From a virus: DNA of 64,000 bases. The stretch lies in IMG/VR virus record IMGVR_UViG_3300047562_004403, positions 15,817 through 79,816 of that record. The stretch is one strand, 5' to 3'. Under the pieces are notes generated by a model. It saw nothing but the letters and a program-made list of their open reading frames with translations, was not told the origin of the DNA and did no database searches. The position numbers and the translations under genes were made by a program. Shown in pieces: positions 9,968 to 19,980 of the stretch. Numbering within the stretch: the first letter of the stretch is position 1; every line of letters begins with the position of its first letter.

Positions 9968-12900
9968 GTGTCGAGTCTGTATCGTTGTAGAGCACGCGTA
10001 GGTTATCGTCCGTTTACAACGGATCAAATAATTCTTTTTGACGAAAAACAGATTCAGGAATTAAGTGTTAAACTTAAATGGCAACCTAATCTTGCATTTT
10101 CAAATGCCGATGCATCAACCCCGGCGTCAGTCGCAACTAACGCCCTATCTCAGTCAACTTGCTCAGTAACAGTATCCGATCCGTATCTAACGGGATTGGC
10201 GTGGCCAGCCTTGTTTGATGCGGCATCGTTATATACGCAATCCAACGTAGCCGCTGCTAATGGGATTTTATTGCCCCCGTGTACCGATGAGCAGGATCCG
10301 AATGTAGATAAATGTTATAAATATGTAGATTTAGATACAAATTCTGATTCAAGTTTGCTTGATAATTCGGCCTATCTTCTAATATCTCTATGGTATGATG
10401 TTAAGGGAACGTCATTCGGTACTGATTTCTATTTCAGAGTAAATGGATTTTCTATATCTCACGGAACAAAGTATCCTAGCGTAACTATCCGAGGCGTAGA
10501 ATCCAGATCTATTATTTTCAATCAATCTCTTGTTAATCTAACATTAGATGAAGGCACAGAAATTGAAAAAGTTCTCAAAGATTTAGCAGAAAAGCAAGGA
10601 TTTACAACATCATTTTGTGCAAATACAAACTCCGAACCCGATAAAAAAAGAGTACTTCCGCGTAGTGTTAGATACAAAGGAGTGACTTTAGACGAAGTAA
10701 TTAAAAAAGTACTTAATTCTGTTAATGGTCAATCCTTATCCTTACCAATCAAAGAATATGCTAATCGCATATCAATGTGTACGCGCGGTGAAGTTAACCA
10801 AGGTTGTTCTGTATTTTATCTCGGACGAGGCCTTTACGAGGGGTATGAAATATCCGGTCAGCCCGATTTTACTTTAAAGGGGCTTAATGCCGAAGTTTCC
10901 TCTAATAAGCAAAATAAAGACCCATACGTATCTGAACCCTTTAAAGCCGATACTTACTTCATCGGAGATGTTCTTCCTGAAAAAAGAAAAGAAGCGATGA
11001 AAAAAGTTAAAAAGGTAACTTTTCCCAATCTTTTTGAAAAAGTCCCCAAGAATATTAGTAAAACTCCTGCAGCAACCGGATATGTTTGGAAAGATATATC
11101 GCCAATATCCTCGAATAAATCTAAAGGCATCCAAGTTACTAATCAAGAGGCCTCTAAACTCGAAAAAGATGGGCTAAATCTTTTTGGCATAGCTCCAAAT
11201 GGCACAACTGCTATCTCGTTTCTTACCGGAGATGTTGTGGAAGCCGATGAAAAAAATGGTCGCGTATTAATCAAAACAAAGTTTGCTTTGCATATTTGCG
11301 AAAAAGAAGGAAGCCAAAAGTGTTTCTATAGGCCTATATTGCAAGAGTCTACAGGTCTATCATCAATAAAGGTAAAAACAAAAGACAAAGTAGAAATCTC
11401 CCAGGAGATAGGCACGTCAACACAAGAAAAACCTGAATTTACGCGGTTTTTTATCATTGGCCACGGTACCAAGGAAGTAACTCTGAATCCTAAGATCGTA
11501 TGGGACTGGGCATTTCCTGAGGCTGAAATTCCTAAAACGGAAGAATCTGCACCAGCTTCTGGTAAACCAGAGTCTCAAGCCCCTGCACAACAACCATCCG
11601 GCGGAAGTCAGGGAACAGTAGTTGGTCGTGTGGGATCGACTGGAAAGTCAACAGGTCCCCATCTTCATGCAGAATTAGGACCTTTTACCAATGCCAACGG
11701 ACGAGGACAGCCTATAACTACTGCAGATGTTGATCCATATGTTCTTATTGCAGGAAAACCAGCAAGTATTTGGAAAGTATACTCCCCATATGGTCCTAGA
11801 ACCGGTGGATTTCATTATGGTTTAGATATTGCAGGACCAGGGCCCGGAGGAGAAAATATAAATGGCCAGCCGGTCAGTGTTACCGGAGGAGCAACTATTG
11901 TAGAAACGAAGAAAAACTGGATAGGATACGGAAACGCGGTTATTATAAAACGGCCGGATGGTAGAGAAATGATCCTTGCGCACCTACAGGATGATTCTAT
12001 ACCCCCAAATATATCCGGCACTTCTACTTCCTCTGGTGGAGGTAAAAGTAATTCGACTATTCAGGGTTCACCAACAACCTCTGGGCTTACAGTCGAAACA
12101 AGCTTTAAAGGCGTTCCTAGGTCCCTTCGTATTATCCCCGGCCGCACAATTTTGTCTTTTATCACGGACTATGATGCTTGGGTAGAAGACAACAGGTCGG
12201 TAGACATTGATCCTGGAATTTGGATTCCTAATCGATATAAAAATTGGTTTATTAATGAATGCGAATATAGATGGCGAGAAGGAGATATGAGAGTTCAGAT
12301 TGAAGGCGTAACGGCGTGGGGACCGGTGAGCACAAGAGTGCCAACTTTTACAAATTATTTGGAGTCAATGCGTAAAAGCGGAGATATGAAACAATCTAAA
12401 GATTACTATGATTATATACGGTCCTTGGGCGGATTGAATTGGAAAACAGAGGATGGCAAAGATTCTACCGAAGTAGGATGTCCAGAGGCCCAGGAATTAA
12501 GTGAGTTTTTAAGTCAAGGAAGCGACTCCACGTCTCCTGCAAATTCTAATACATCATTTCCCCCAGCAAATTGTCAGTATACCGGAACGAAGTATCCGGC
12601 CTCTAGAGTAAACGCAATTATCAACGCCGCAAAGTCAGCCGGAATCAACACGAAAGCAGGATTTGCCGGAGTAGTAGGAAATGCTCTTGTAGAATCTGGA
12701 GTTGCTCTTAGTCCCACTGCGGAGAATCCGAAATCTAAAGCATTTGGAGTTTTTCAGTGGTTGGGTGGTAGAAGACAGGGATTAGAAAACTACGCTTCTA
12801 AAGCTGGTAAATCAGCTTCTAATTTTGGAGTACAAATGGAAAGGTTCGTTCAAGAGTTAAAAGGAGCAGATTTTCAAGGCCCGGCTACAGTGCAAGCATT

Positions 12901-13030
12901 GAATTCTACTAATGATCCTGCAAGAGCAGCAACTGAGTTCAACAGGCTTTTTGAAAGAGCCCCTGGACAAAAAGAAATGGAAAGGCAAAGATATGCTCAG
13001 GAGATATTCTCCCAACTTAATTGTAAATAA
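9968..13030 (+). CDS. Baseplate hub / tail-associated lysin with M23 peptidase and phage tail lysozyme domains
   Basis: Hub-like N-terminus; STGPHLH and HYGLD M23 motifs; C-terminal GNALVES...AFGVFQWLGGR...FERAP (Phage_lysozyme2-like). Confidence 0.8.
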   Translation: MSSLYRCRARVGYRPFTTDQIILFDEKQIQELSVKLKWQPNLAFSNADASTPASVATNALSQSTCSVTVSDPYLTGLAWPALFDAASLYTQSNVAAANGILLPPCTDEQDPNVDKCYKYVDLDTNSDSSLLDNSAYLLISLWYDVKGTSFGTDFYFRVNGFSISHGTKYPSVTIRGVESRSIIFNQSLVNLTLDEGTEIEKVLKDLAEKQGFTTSFCANTNSEPDKKRVLPRSVRYKGVTLDEVIKKVLNSVNGQSLSLPIKEYANRISMCTRGEVNQGCSVFYLGRGLYEGYEISGQPDFTLKGLNAEVSSNKQNKDPYVSEPFKADTYFIGDVLPEKRKEAMKKVKKVTFPNLFEKVPKNISKTPAATGYVWKDISPISSNKSKGIQVTNQEASKLEKDGLNLFGIAPNGTTAISFLTGDVVEADEKNGRVLIKTKFALHICEKEGSQKCFYRPILQESTGLSSIKVKTKDKVEISQEIGTSTQEKPEFTRFFIIGHGTKEVTLNPKIVWDWAFPEAEIPKTEESAPASGKPESQAPAQQPSGGSQGTVVGRVGSTGKSTGPHLHAELGPFTNANGRGQPITTADVDPYVLIAGKPASIWKVYSPYGPRTGGFHYGLDIAGPGPGGENINGQPVSVTGGATIVETKKNWIGYGNAVIIKRPDGREMILAHLQDDSIPPNISGTSTSSGGGKSNSTIQGSPTTSGLTVETSFKGVPRSLRIIPGRTILSFITDYDAWVEDNRSVDIDPGIWIPNRYKNWFINECEYRWREGDMRVQIEGVTAWGPVSTRVPTFTNYLESMRKSGDMKQSKDYYDYIRSLGGLNWKTEDGKDSTEVGCPEAQELSEFLSQGSDSTSPANSNTSFPPANCQYTGTKYPASRVNAIINAAKSAGINTKAGFAGVVGNALVESGVALSPTAENPKSKAFGVFQWLGGRRQGLENYASKAGKSASNFGVQMERFVQELKGADFQGPATVQALNSTNDPARAATEFNRLFERAPGQKEMERQRYAQEIFSQLNCK

Positions 13031-13035
13031 CAAAT

Positions 13036-13665
13036 ATGATCTACAAGGCCCTAGCTAGCACCATTATGGGAGCGGTGCTTTCCAGCTCTAAGAAACAAAT
13101 CCTGGAAACTGCTAAGTCTCAAGTCCTTCAGGCCCAAATGAAAGGCGTAAGAAAGGCTATGCTCGCGCACGTTGCCGAAAAATACACCGAAGAGATGGCA
13201 TATAACGTCTCGCAATACATCAGAGCTCTTAGCGAAGCAAACGTTGAAATTGAATATAAAGGTGAGCCTGGAAAAGCATTTATAATGCGGGCCGAAAATG
13301 CCATTGAGGAACTCGAGGGGTATTTAGAAGCGCAAAATCCAGACGGGGCTGTTATTCAATACTTAAAGAAAAGATATAAGGAAGAGGGAGTAAAGATAAT
13401 CACCGGGCGTTTATATGGCGCTCATCTAGTCAATCGCAAAACCCAAGGAGTCTATGAAGTTCTTAATAGAATGGGTTATGCCGCGGCAGTCGATAAGAGA
13501 AAACCCTGGTTAACCGGAGCTAAAACCATCGAAGGCCTCGAAAATATGATAGCAGATGCAGCATTAGAAATATTTAATATAATGTTCGAAGATGTTGATT
13601 TAAGTTCGGAGATCGCCGGGTTTAAGTTTACTGGTGAGGGAAGTAAACTTGCTAAGAAAACATAA
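13036..13665 (+). CDS. Hypothetical protein (possible neck/tail-completion protein)
   Basis: 209-aa ORF co-oriented with the hub gene; IITGRLY motif. Confidence 0.45.
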   Translation: MIYKALASTIMGAVLSSSKKQILETAKSQVLQAQMKGVRKAMLAHVAEKYTEEMAYNVSQYIRALSEANVEIEYKGEPGKAFIMRAENAIEELEGYLEAQNPDGAVIQYLKKRYKEEGVKIITGRLYGAHLVNRKTQGVYEVLNRMGYAAAVDKRKPWLTGAKTIEGLENMIADAALEIFNIMFEDVDLSSEIAGFKFTGEGSKLAKKT

Positions 13666-13668
13666 TTA

Positions 13669-14367
13669 CTAGCCGTAGTACTTAGAGCCTTTTTCCAGAT
13701 TGGCTTTAGCGCTTAGGACTTGAAGTTGAGCATTTATCATATGATAATCAAACCAACGCTCCGCTAAATCTGTATCTTTAAAATAACACTTTGTTCCTCG
13801 GCAATATACATCTATTCTTTCCAAATCCACCCTTTCGTCTCTGCACCATTCCTCTACAAGGTTTTTAAATGGATAACGATGATCGATATGAAACATCGCC
13901 GCTTCAATAAAGTCCCCACTCATAGGGCATTTTAAAGGCTTCTTTTTGAGTTGGCGAAGAACACTTGTTCTGAAAGTTTTGATTTGTGGCTCGATGATTT
14001 GTCTCATCGCCACTAGAGCATCTTTTTTATTTTGTTTGTATTCTGGCACAGCAATTGTTCTCGGGAAAAGAGCGCTGACCACTTGACCTTTTCCTAACCA
14101 CACCTCTCTTTTTGACCTCGATGTGATCATAACAATGCCCTTCACCGCTCTACCCTGAAATTTTTTATTACGTATTTTATAACGTACTACTCCGCGATCC
14201 TTTATACTCTTCCACTTCGGAACAAGATCAATTACACAATTTAAAAATTCTTCGTCGGATCCTTTTACAAAATAATTACATTCAGTTCCTAGGACAATTT
14301 CACTCCACTTTTTTTCGAATCCGCTTTTTGTGTAGGTAGCGTTTTGGACGGATATTGAGTATCGCAT
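13669..14367 (-). CDS. DCL/DUF3223-like protein with C-terminal HNH-like motif
   Basis: CPMSG...HIDHRYPF...WFDYH...LQVLSAKANL; basic N-terminal half. Confidence 0.55.
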   Translation of the reverse strand: MRYSISVQNATYTKSGFEKKWSEIVLGTECNYFVKGSDEEFLNCVIDLVPKWKSIKDRGVVRYKIRNKKFQGRAVKGIVMITSRSKREVWLGKGQVVSALFPRTIAVPEYKQNKKDALVAMRQIIEPQIKTFRTSVLRQLKKKPLKCPMSGDFIEAAMFHIDHRYPFKNLVEEWCRDERVDLERIDVYCRGTKCYFKDTDLAERWFDYHMINAQLQVLSAKANLEKGSKYYG

Positions 14368-15047
14368 AGTATGTACTCTATTAATTGCTCTGAGTAGTTT
14401 TTTATGTCTTTAGCATTACGTAAATGCGGATTTTTACGTAACAAAGTAGAAATACTTCTTTTTTTGACTAAGTAATCAGTAAGAAATGTTTCATCTTCTG
14501 GTTGTAGATCAGTTATCTTATGTAGCAAAACTTTATGAGAAGACATAAGATCTTCCATTGTTAACTCGTCGTTACATTCCGACTCAATAACATTGGAATA
14601 TTCAGTTATTTGCGAAAAACTCATGGAAAAAGCCTGGCGCACAGCCCTTATTTTTTTAACCGATACTTGAATTTTTTCTGAGATTTCTTCGTCAGTAACA
14701 TCTGGGTTACTAATTATATATTTTCTAATTTTTAAATACAAATCAGAATAAGAACGCGGTATTTTTACGAGACGCGAATTATCTCGTAGATAATTTAACA
14801 TATGAAACTGTAAACATCTATTAACCCAGGTAGAAAAATTGGCACCTTTGCTTTGATCCCAAGTATCATAGATACGAACAATATACTCAAGAGCGGCATC
14901 TCTGAGTTCTTCATAAGGCAACCCGGTAAAACTAGAAATTTTTCTAGCCACCTGATTTGCCTTCCACATTTGTGATATGATTTGCTCGTCTCTTTCCGAG
15001 TTTCTTCGGCGAATTTTCCTAGAATTATTAGTTGAGTTATCTATCAT
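14289..15047 (-). CDS. Sigma70-family alternative (group 3, SigF/FliA-like) sigma factor
   Basis: Region 2 YEELRDAALEYIVRIYDTWDQSKGANFSTWV...MLNYLRD..RLVKIPR and region 3 TDEEISEKIQVS. Confidence 0.85.
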   Translation of the reverse strand: MIDNSTNNSRKIRRRNSERDEQIISQMWKANQVARKISSFTGLPYEELRDAALEYIVRIYDTWDQSKGANFSTWVNRCLQFHMLNYLRDNSRLVKIPRSYSDLYLKIRKYIISNPDVTDEEISEKIQVSVKKIRAVRQAFSMSFSQITEYSNVIESECNDELTMEDLMSSHKVLLHKITDLQPEDETFLTDYLVKKRSISTLLRKNPHLRNAKDIKNYSEQLIEYILCDTQYPSKTLPTQKADSKKSGVKLS

Positions 15048-15364
15048 TTTTTGGATTTTTCTATTGAATTAAGAATAAAATCTTTGAGCTGAGTTTTTGC
15101 TAAAATACCATCAGTATTTATACCTAGAAGTTCCGCTTCCTCGTCAAAAACTGCAAAGTTTGGTGTACCATCACATTCAATCTGATCGCAAAAAGCCCAC
15201 TCATCTGAAGTAACGTCCCACTCCCCGAATCCGATTGAGTAGTGCGGATATTCCTCTGATAGTTCATTTGCTGTTTCTACCCAGACGGGTTTCATTGCGT
15301 TACATGCAACACACCCCGGCTGTTGAAAGAAAACAACTCTATACTTGAATTGTTGGTCTGTCAT
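15044..15364 (-). CDS. Thioredoxin-like protein
   Basis: CVAC active site and GTPNF cis-Pro motif. Confidence 0.85.
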   Translation of the reverse strand: MTDQQFKYRVVFFQQPGCVACNAMKPVWVETANELSEEYPHYSIGFGEWDVTSDEWAFCDQIECDGTPNFAVFDEEAELLGINTDGILAKTQLKDFILNSIEKSKK

Positions 15365-15401
15365 AAGTAATTATGATTAAATTATTTAAAATACATTACG
15401 T

Positions 15402-15410
15402 ATTATATCA
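15402..15410 (-). promoter_or_regulatory. Extended -10 host-sigma promoter for the thioredoxin-sigma-DCL unit
   Basis: Minus strand TGATATAAT in the intergenic gap upstream of 15364. Confidence 0.55.
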
Positions 15411-15422
15411 TATAATACATAT

Positions 15423-17045
15423 TTATAAGTATTTAGTAGCAGTTGATTTTGTATAAGGGGACGATGATTTAACCCCTATAAGTCCAACATCGCTAGAAAC
15501 ACGTTTGCTATTCCCTTTGAAAAATGGATCATGAACTATTCTTGGTAAACGTTCTCTATTACCACCGTGAACAGTTTTACCTCCCATTATCTCATCTCTA
15601 TAAACTGTAATTCCATAAACGAAAGCATCTACAAAATCATCATTTTTAATAAATGGAAAAGAACACAATTCAGAAACTCTTTCAGCAAGATTGGGTAAAT
15701 TTTCATATATAGATACTGCTCCGCTTTCAATAATAGGGGCAATTGCATTAGCTCTTAATACTTTGTCCTTATTTGGCACCAACTCTTTAATTGAGATATT
15801 AACCGTGCGTTTTAAAGTTTGTATGAGAGGTACGCCTTGGGCCCTGCCTTCAATGTATATGCATCTAATCTTCCATTGTTTGATAAGCTGGGGAAAGATT
15901 TTTTCTAAATCAGGAAATTCTAAACGATCTAGAATGTAATGTATGAGATGTAGTTTGAGATGCGCGCGGTCGTATCCCCATATACAAATTGCTGTGTAGT
16001 CGTTCATCCTGTCGGCCTTGTATGCTGTGTCTATAGTAGCATAAATAAATCCGTACTTGTTCAAGTTTTTAGAGTGAAAATCTAACCAAACCTCCTTTAT
16101 AATAGCACCTTGTTCACCAGCAGGCCGGCCTTGATAAAGTGAATTGAAATCTTTTTCACCAATAGATTTTCTAATAGCCTGAAGATTTTGAACTGGAAAA
16201 AACTCTGGCCAATGCGATTCGCCAAGTTTTCTTCCTAATACGTCTGTTTCTTCATCAACGCATAGAGCGGGTACATTGAGTTCCCTCCAGCCATCGGGAT
16301 CGGCTTTAAGCAATTGGCCAATAACATCATCAACATGAAACCTCGTGCCCATAGAAATAATAGCATGGTTGGGTAATCCACGGGTAAGGAACTGGGTTTG
16401 AGTCCAAGCAAAAGTCGACTCCATAATTGTAACAGAATTTCCATCAGCTAAAAGGTCATCTAAAATTCCAACTCCTGGCAAATCATCGTCGCTGATTACG
16501 CCAAAACCAAATCCGGTAACATTACCACCGGCCGAGGCAATCTTAATAAGCCCTCCGTTATTACTACGTATAGCGCCTAAATTGCATTTTTCTCTATCTA
16601 TTTCGCACTCCGGAAAAATCCATTTAAACTGCTCATGAGAAATGTATTCTATAACTGCCCGCGAGTTTTCATTGGTGAGTTGAAGAGCGTAAGAACTCAT
16701 AATAAATTGAGCCGTAGGACTTCTTCCTATTTGCCACGAAGGGAATATTTTTGATATGAGTAAAGATTTACCAGTTCTGGGGGGCAAAGAAATTGCTGAT
16801 TGCTTATAGTCTTCTTTTCCATCTCCGATGTTTTGAAGAAACTCACCGATCACATTATGAACTTTGAATGGTGTAAATTTACCAGCTATTGGAACTTCAG
16901 AAGTTATATACCTTGCAAAGGTTAAAAAATCTGTTCTGCACTTGAGTCTTAAAAGTTCTTGTTTATCTGACGCAGAAAGAGTCTTTAACTCCTTCTCCAT
17001 CTCCTTCACTTGTTTTTTCTCTTGCTTTAATTCTTTTTTATTCAT
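15423..17045 (-). CDS. terL: Terminase large subunit
   Basis: LPPRTGKS Walker A, ILDDLL Walker B, GTRFHVDD, RNase H-like DTAYK and NDDFVDA. Start taken at the ATG at 17045 to avoid overlap. Confidence 0.93.
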   Translation of the reverse strand: MNKKELKQEKKQVKEMEKELKTLSASDKQELLRLKCRTDFLTFARYITSEVPIAGKFTPFKVHNVIGEFLQNIGDGKEDYKQSAISLPPRTGKSLLISKIFPSWQIGRSPTAQFIMSSYALQLTNENSRAVIEYISHEQFKWIFPECEIDREKCNLGAIRSNNGGLIKIASAGGNVTGFGFGVISDDDLPGVGILDDLLADGNSVTIMESTFAWTQTQFLTRGLPNHAIISMGTRFHVDDVIGQLLKADPDGWRELNVPALCVDEETDVLGRKLGESHWPEFFPVQNLQAIRKSIGEKDFNSLYQGRPAGEQGAIIKEVWLDFHSKNLNKYGFIYATIDTAYKADRMNDYTAICIWGYDRAHLKLHLIHYILDRLEFPDLEKIFPQLIKQWKIRCIYIEGRAQGVPLIQTLKRTVNISIKELVPNKDKVLRANAIAPIIESGAVSIYENLPNLAERVSELCSFPFIKNDDFVDAFVYGITVYRDEIMGGKTVHGGNRERLPRIVHDPFFKGNSKRVSSDVGLIGVKSSSPYTKSTATKYL

Positions 17046-17049
17046 TATA

Positions 17050-19959
17050 TTAGCATTCGGCCTCACCGGTCTGAGCACGGTTTTGCTGATAATCAATCTG
17101 ATCGAGTAGTGAATTTATATCAGGATTGTCACTAGATGCAATATTTGCTGGAAGTTTACCACTAAATAGCGATTCTGGCTCCGGAGGCAATGGAGAATTA
17201 ATTTTTGAAGAAATAGAATCATTCAGAGCTCTATTCTTATCTCGTACAGTTAAGCATTTATCAAATGCCAAAGGAACATCGACAGGAATTAAGCCTAAAA
17301 TAAACTTTGTTATATCAACTAGTCCCCCTCCCGGTTCCATAGACTTCCATTCTTTATCAGCTGTATTTAAAAAATTAGAGGTTATAAAGTTTGCCTCGGC
17401 TTTAGATGTAGAGTTTAATGCAGCAATTCTAGTTATATTTTTAAAGACAGTGGATAGACTATCTGTAACAGTTACTCCTACACCGGCTCCATGCTTAGTG
17501 GCATCTAATCTTTTTACATAATTATATGTATCTTGAATAGCTTTAGAAGTATCTACAATACTTAATAGTGTTTTAGAAAAAAATGATCCGTTTCCTACCA
17601 TTAACTTATTTATTAGTCGATACTGAGCATCAATTAATTTTCTTTCCACAGACTCAACTCTTGTAATATTATTATCTGTTTGTTTGAATGCTTTTTCTAT
17701 TGTCTCAAATGTATACATCATCTCTGTCCAAAGTTCTGGCCAATCAGCATTTTTAGCACTATCAAGTCTATCGGCCATCTCACCGAGCCTTTTTACATTT
17801 TGAATAAGTTGTGTAAGATCGCTAACATTAGGAATACATAAATCTTCGCCTATTTTTGTCGGAATAAGATCTAAAATTTTTGCAACGGTATTTTCATTGT
17901 TGGTGGTGGGATCACCATCAGGAGCATAAGAACTATGACTATTAGCTACAACATTTCCGCACTTCTCCAGAAGAACGTTACCATCGGAGTCTTCTGAGTG
18001 TTCTGTTTTTCTGCATTTAGGATCGCAAGGGCATTCACCTCCACCTGCACCTAAACCAGAAAAAATTGAACCTAAACCGGGAATCGCCCCAAGAATTGAA
18101 GATATGCCATTCAACCCTGCTAGATCTAAAAGGCCATCCAATCCTAATCCGCCATTGCCTAACAAGGCAAATAAATTTTTTCCTTCGCCTAAAAGCTCAA
18201 GCGCAGTTGTAGCTAATTGAGGTATGCCACTCAATCCGCCCAAATTAGGCATCCCTGGCAAGTTAGAAAAATTAGAAATTGCTCCAGCGATTAAACCTAA
18301 GTCCCCCGAGGAAAGTGCTTGAGATACTGATTCAGTTAAACTCTGAGGTAAATTACCTATTCCGCCCGCAGTTGAGATAAGATTGTTAATAACGCTTGTG
18401 AGTGGGGTATTAACTAGCCCCAGAGCCGAAGTAAAAATTTTGTTAATAGCATCAGATTTACCCGCAATAGTGTCTTTTCCAGCTTCCCAAACGGGTAAAA
18501 TATACTTAGATACTTCATCAGGAAGTTTAGACATACCATATAATGCGGCTGTATCAATGGCTGCTAATGCTCCGCCGCTTATATATGCTGAATATACTCC
18601 TCTAGTTTGCGGGGCAAGAGATCTTATAGAAGAATTAATAGCATTTTTTCCTACGGTTTTATATGAGTTCTCAAGAGAATTAGTTGTTATTCCTTGAGCA
18701 ATTATTTCTCCTGTAGTTCCGGCAGCATCGAGAGTTTTTTGAAGCTCACTATCTATCACTCCGCCATTGCTTATTGCTAAAGCTAATTTTAGTGCTATAG
18801 AATCGGATTCTGCACCTATAGAATTGGCAATCATCAAAATAGAAATATTTCTATATATCTCTGAAGAATTAAATGTTGGTGGTAGTATATTTGCAGCGGT
18901 GAGGGCTTGTTTGAGTTTGGGATCTGTTCCTGTTGGAGAAGTTGCGGATGCTATTAGGTCTAAAACTGGCTTTACTGGAATATTTGAAGATGAATCTTCA
19001 AAAGCAGGTACGTCTGTCTTACTATCTAGAAAATCTTTCTTACTTAATGGTGGATCTTCTCTATGAAATTGTATGGGTTCTCTTTTTCCTGCATTAATCC
19101 ACTTCATCTCCCCTTGATATCTTAGACAGCAAATTCGCTGAGAATTTAATCCTTCGTCTAAAATAGCATCCATTCCATGAAATTTCTCGGTACAATCCGG
19201 AAGAGTTGTTTTAAAAAATACAGGTGTAGCACTGAGAGGTTTCCAGTTCCAGTCACCATTCTCATCTCTTCCGCACTTAATCTGAAAGTCCCTAAACTTA
19301 CGATCTTCGGCAAAATTACGAACGTCTCCGTCCATTGCCTCATTACACTCAGGCACTCCTTTCTTTTCGGAAAGATTAGAAGCTATTTTACCTTTTAATC
19401 CTGGGTCAAATCCTTTCTCTATCCATTTAGAGTTGGTAAGAGATTTCCAATTCCAAACTTCTTCTCCGCCTTCTTGGGGGTTATTACGTCTTACGCATAT
19501 TACTAAGTCTTGGTTACTTTCATTTTGAAGAAGATAAAGTCTACCGGCGTTTCCTTTATTGCATTTTGTCCCTTTATCACCAGAAGCTTCATATGCTCCT
19601 AATTGTTCATCTAAAATAGGAATTTGTAAAGGCGCTCCCCCGGAACCTATGTTAGGATTCTTATTAAAAAATCCTAAAACAAATGTATCATTGGAATTTC
19701 CGTGCGCTTTGCCAATTAAGCAAGAAGATCCAATTACCTGGGCACTAAGTACTCCTTTACCACTATTTAGTACATATGTCCAATCACTAGTCGTACCATC
19801 TTGATATTCTACTTTTACTCTGCTTAAATTTTTGGGGTCTGAAACAGAAATCACAGTGGCAACTTCATTAAAAGGATCCCCATAAACCCCACCAACCGAT
19901 TCTGAAATTCGAGCTACTTGCTCTTTTATCTGTTGGAGTTCAGTAAAAAATGAAGACAT
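17050..19959 (-). CDS. Baseplate spike (gp5/GpV/VgrG OB-fold) protein with long C-terminal extension
   Basis: N-terminal ATVISVSDPKNLSRVKV...W...VLG OB-fold signature; located in the baseplate operon. Confidence 0.7.
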   Translation of the reverse strand: MSSFFTELQQIKEQVARISESVGGVYGDPFNEVATVISVSDPKNLSRVKVEYQDGTTSDWTYVLNSGKGVLSAQVIGSSCLIGKAHGNSNDTFVLGFFNKNPNIGSGGAPLQIPILDEQLGAYEASGDKGTKCNKGNAGRLYLLQNESNQDLVICVRRNNPQEGGEEVWNWKSLTNSKWIEKGFDPGLKGKIASNLSEKKGVPECNEAMDGDVRNFAEDRKFRDFQIKCGRDENGDWNWKPLSATPVFFKTTLPDCTEKFHGMDAILDEGLNSQRICCLRYQGEMKWINAGKREPIQFHREDPPLSKKDFLDSKTDVPAFEDSSSNIPVKPVLDLIASATSPTGTDPKLKQALTAANILPPTFNSSEIYRNISILMIANSIGAESDSIALKLALAISNGGVIDSELQKTLDAAGTTGEIIAQGITTNSLENSYKTVGKNAINSSIRSLAPQTRGVYSAYISGGALAAIDTAALYGMSKLPDEVSKYILPVWEAGKDTIAGKSDAINKIFTSALGLVNTPLTSVINNLISTAGGIGNLPQSLTESVSQALSSGDLGLIAGAISNFSNLPGMPNLGGLSGIPQLATTALELLGEGKNLFALLGNGGLGLDGLLDLAGLNGISSILGAIPGLGSIFSGLGAGGGECPCDPKCRKTEHSEDSDGNVLLEKCGNVVANSHSSYAPDGDPTTNNENTVAKILDLIPTKIGEDLCIPNVSDLTQLIQNVKRLGEMADRLDSAKNADWPELWTEMMYTFETIEKAFKQTDNNITRVESVERKLIDAQYRLINKLMVGNGSFFSKTLLSIVDTSKAIQDTYNYVKRLDATKHGAGVGVTVTDSLSTVFKNITRIAALNSTSKAEANFITSNFLNTADKEWKSMEPGGGLVDITKFILGLIPVDVPLAFDKCLTVRDKNRALNDSISSKINSPLPPEPESLFSGKLPANIASSDNPDINSLLDQIDYQQNRAQTGEAEC

Positions 19960-19980
19960 TTTAACAAATTAAAAACCAAT

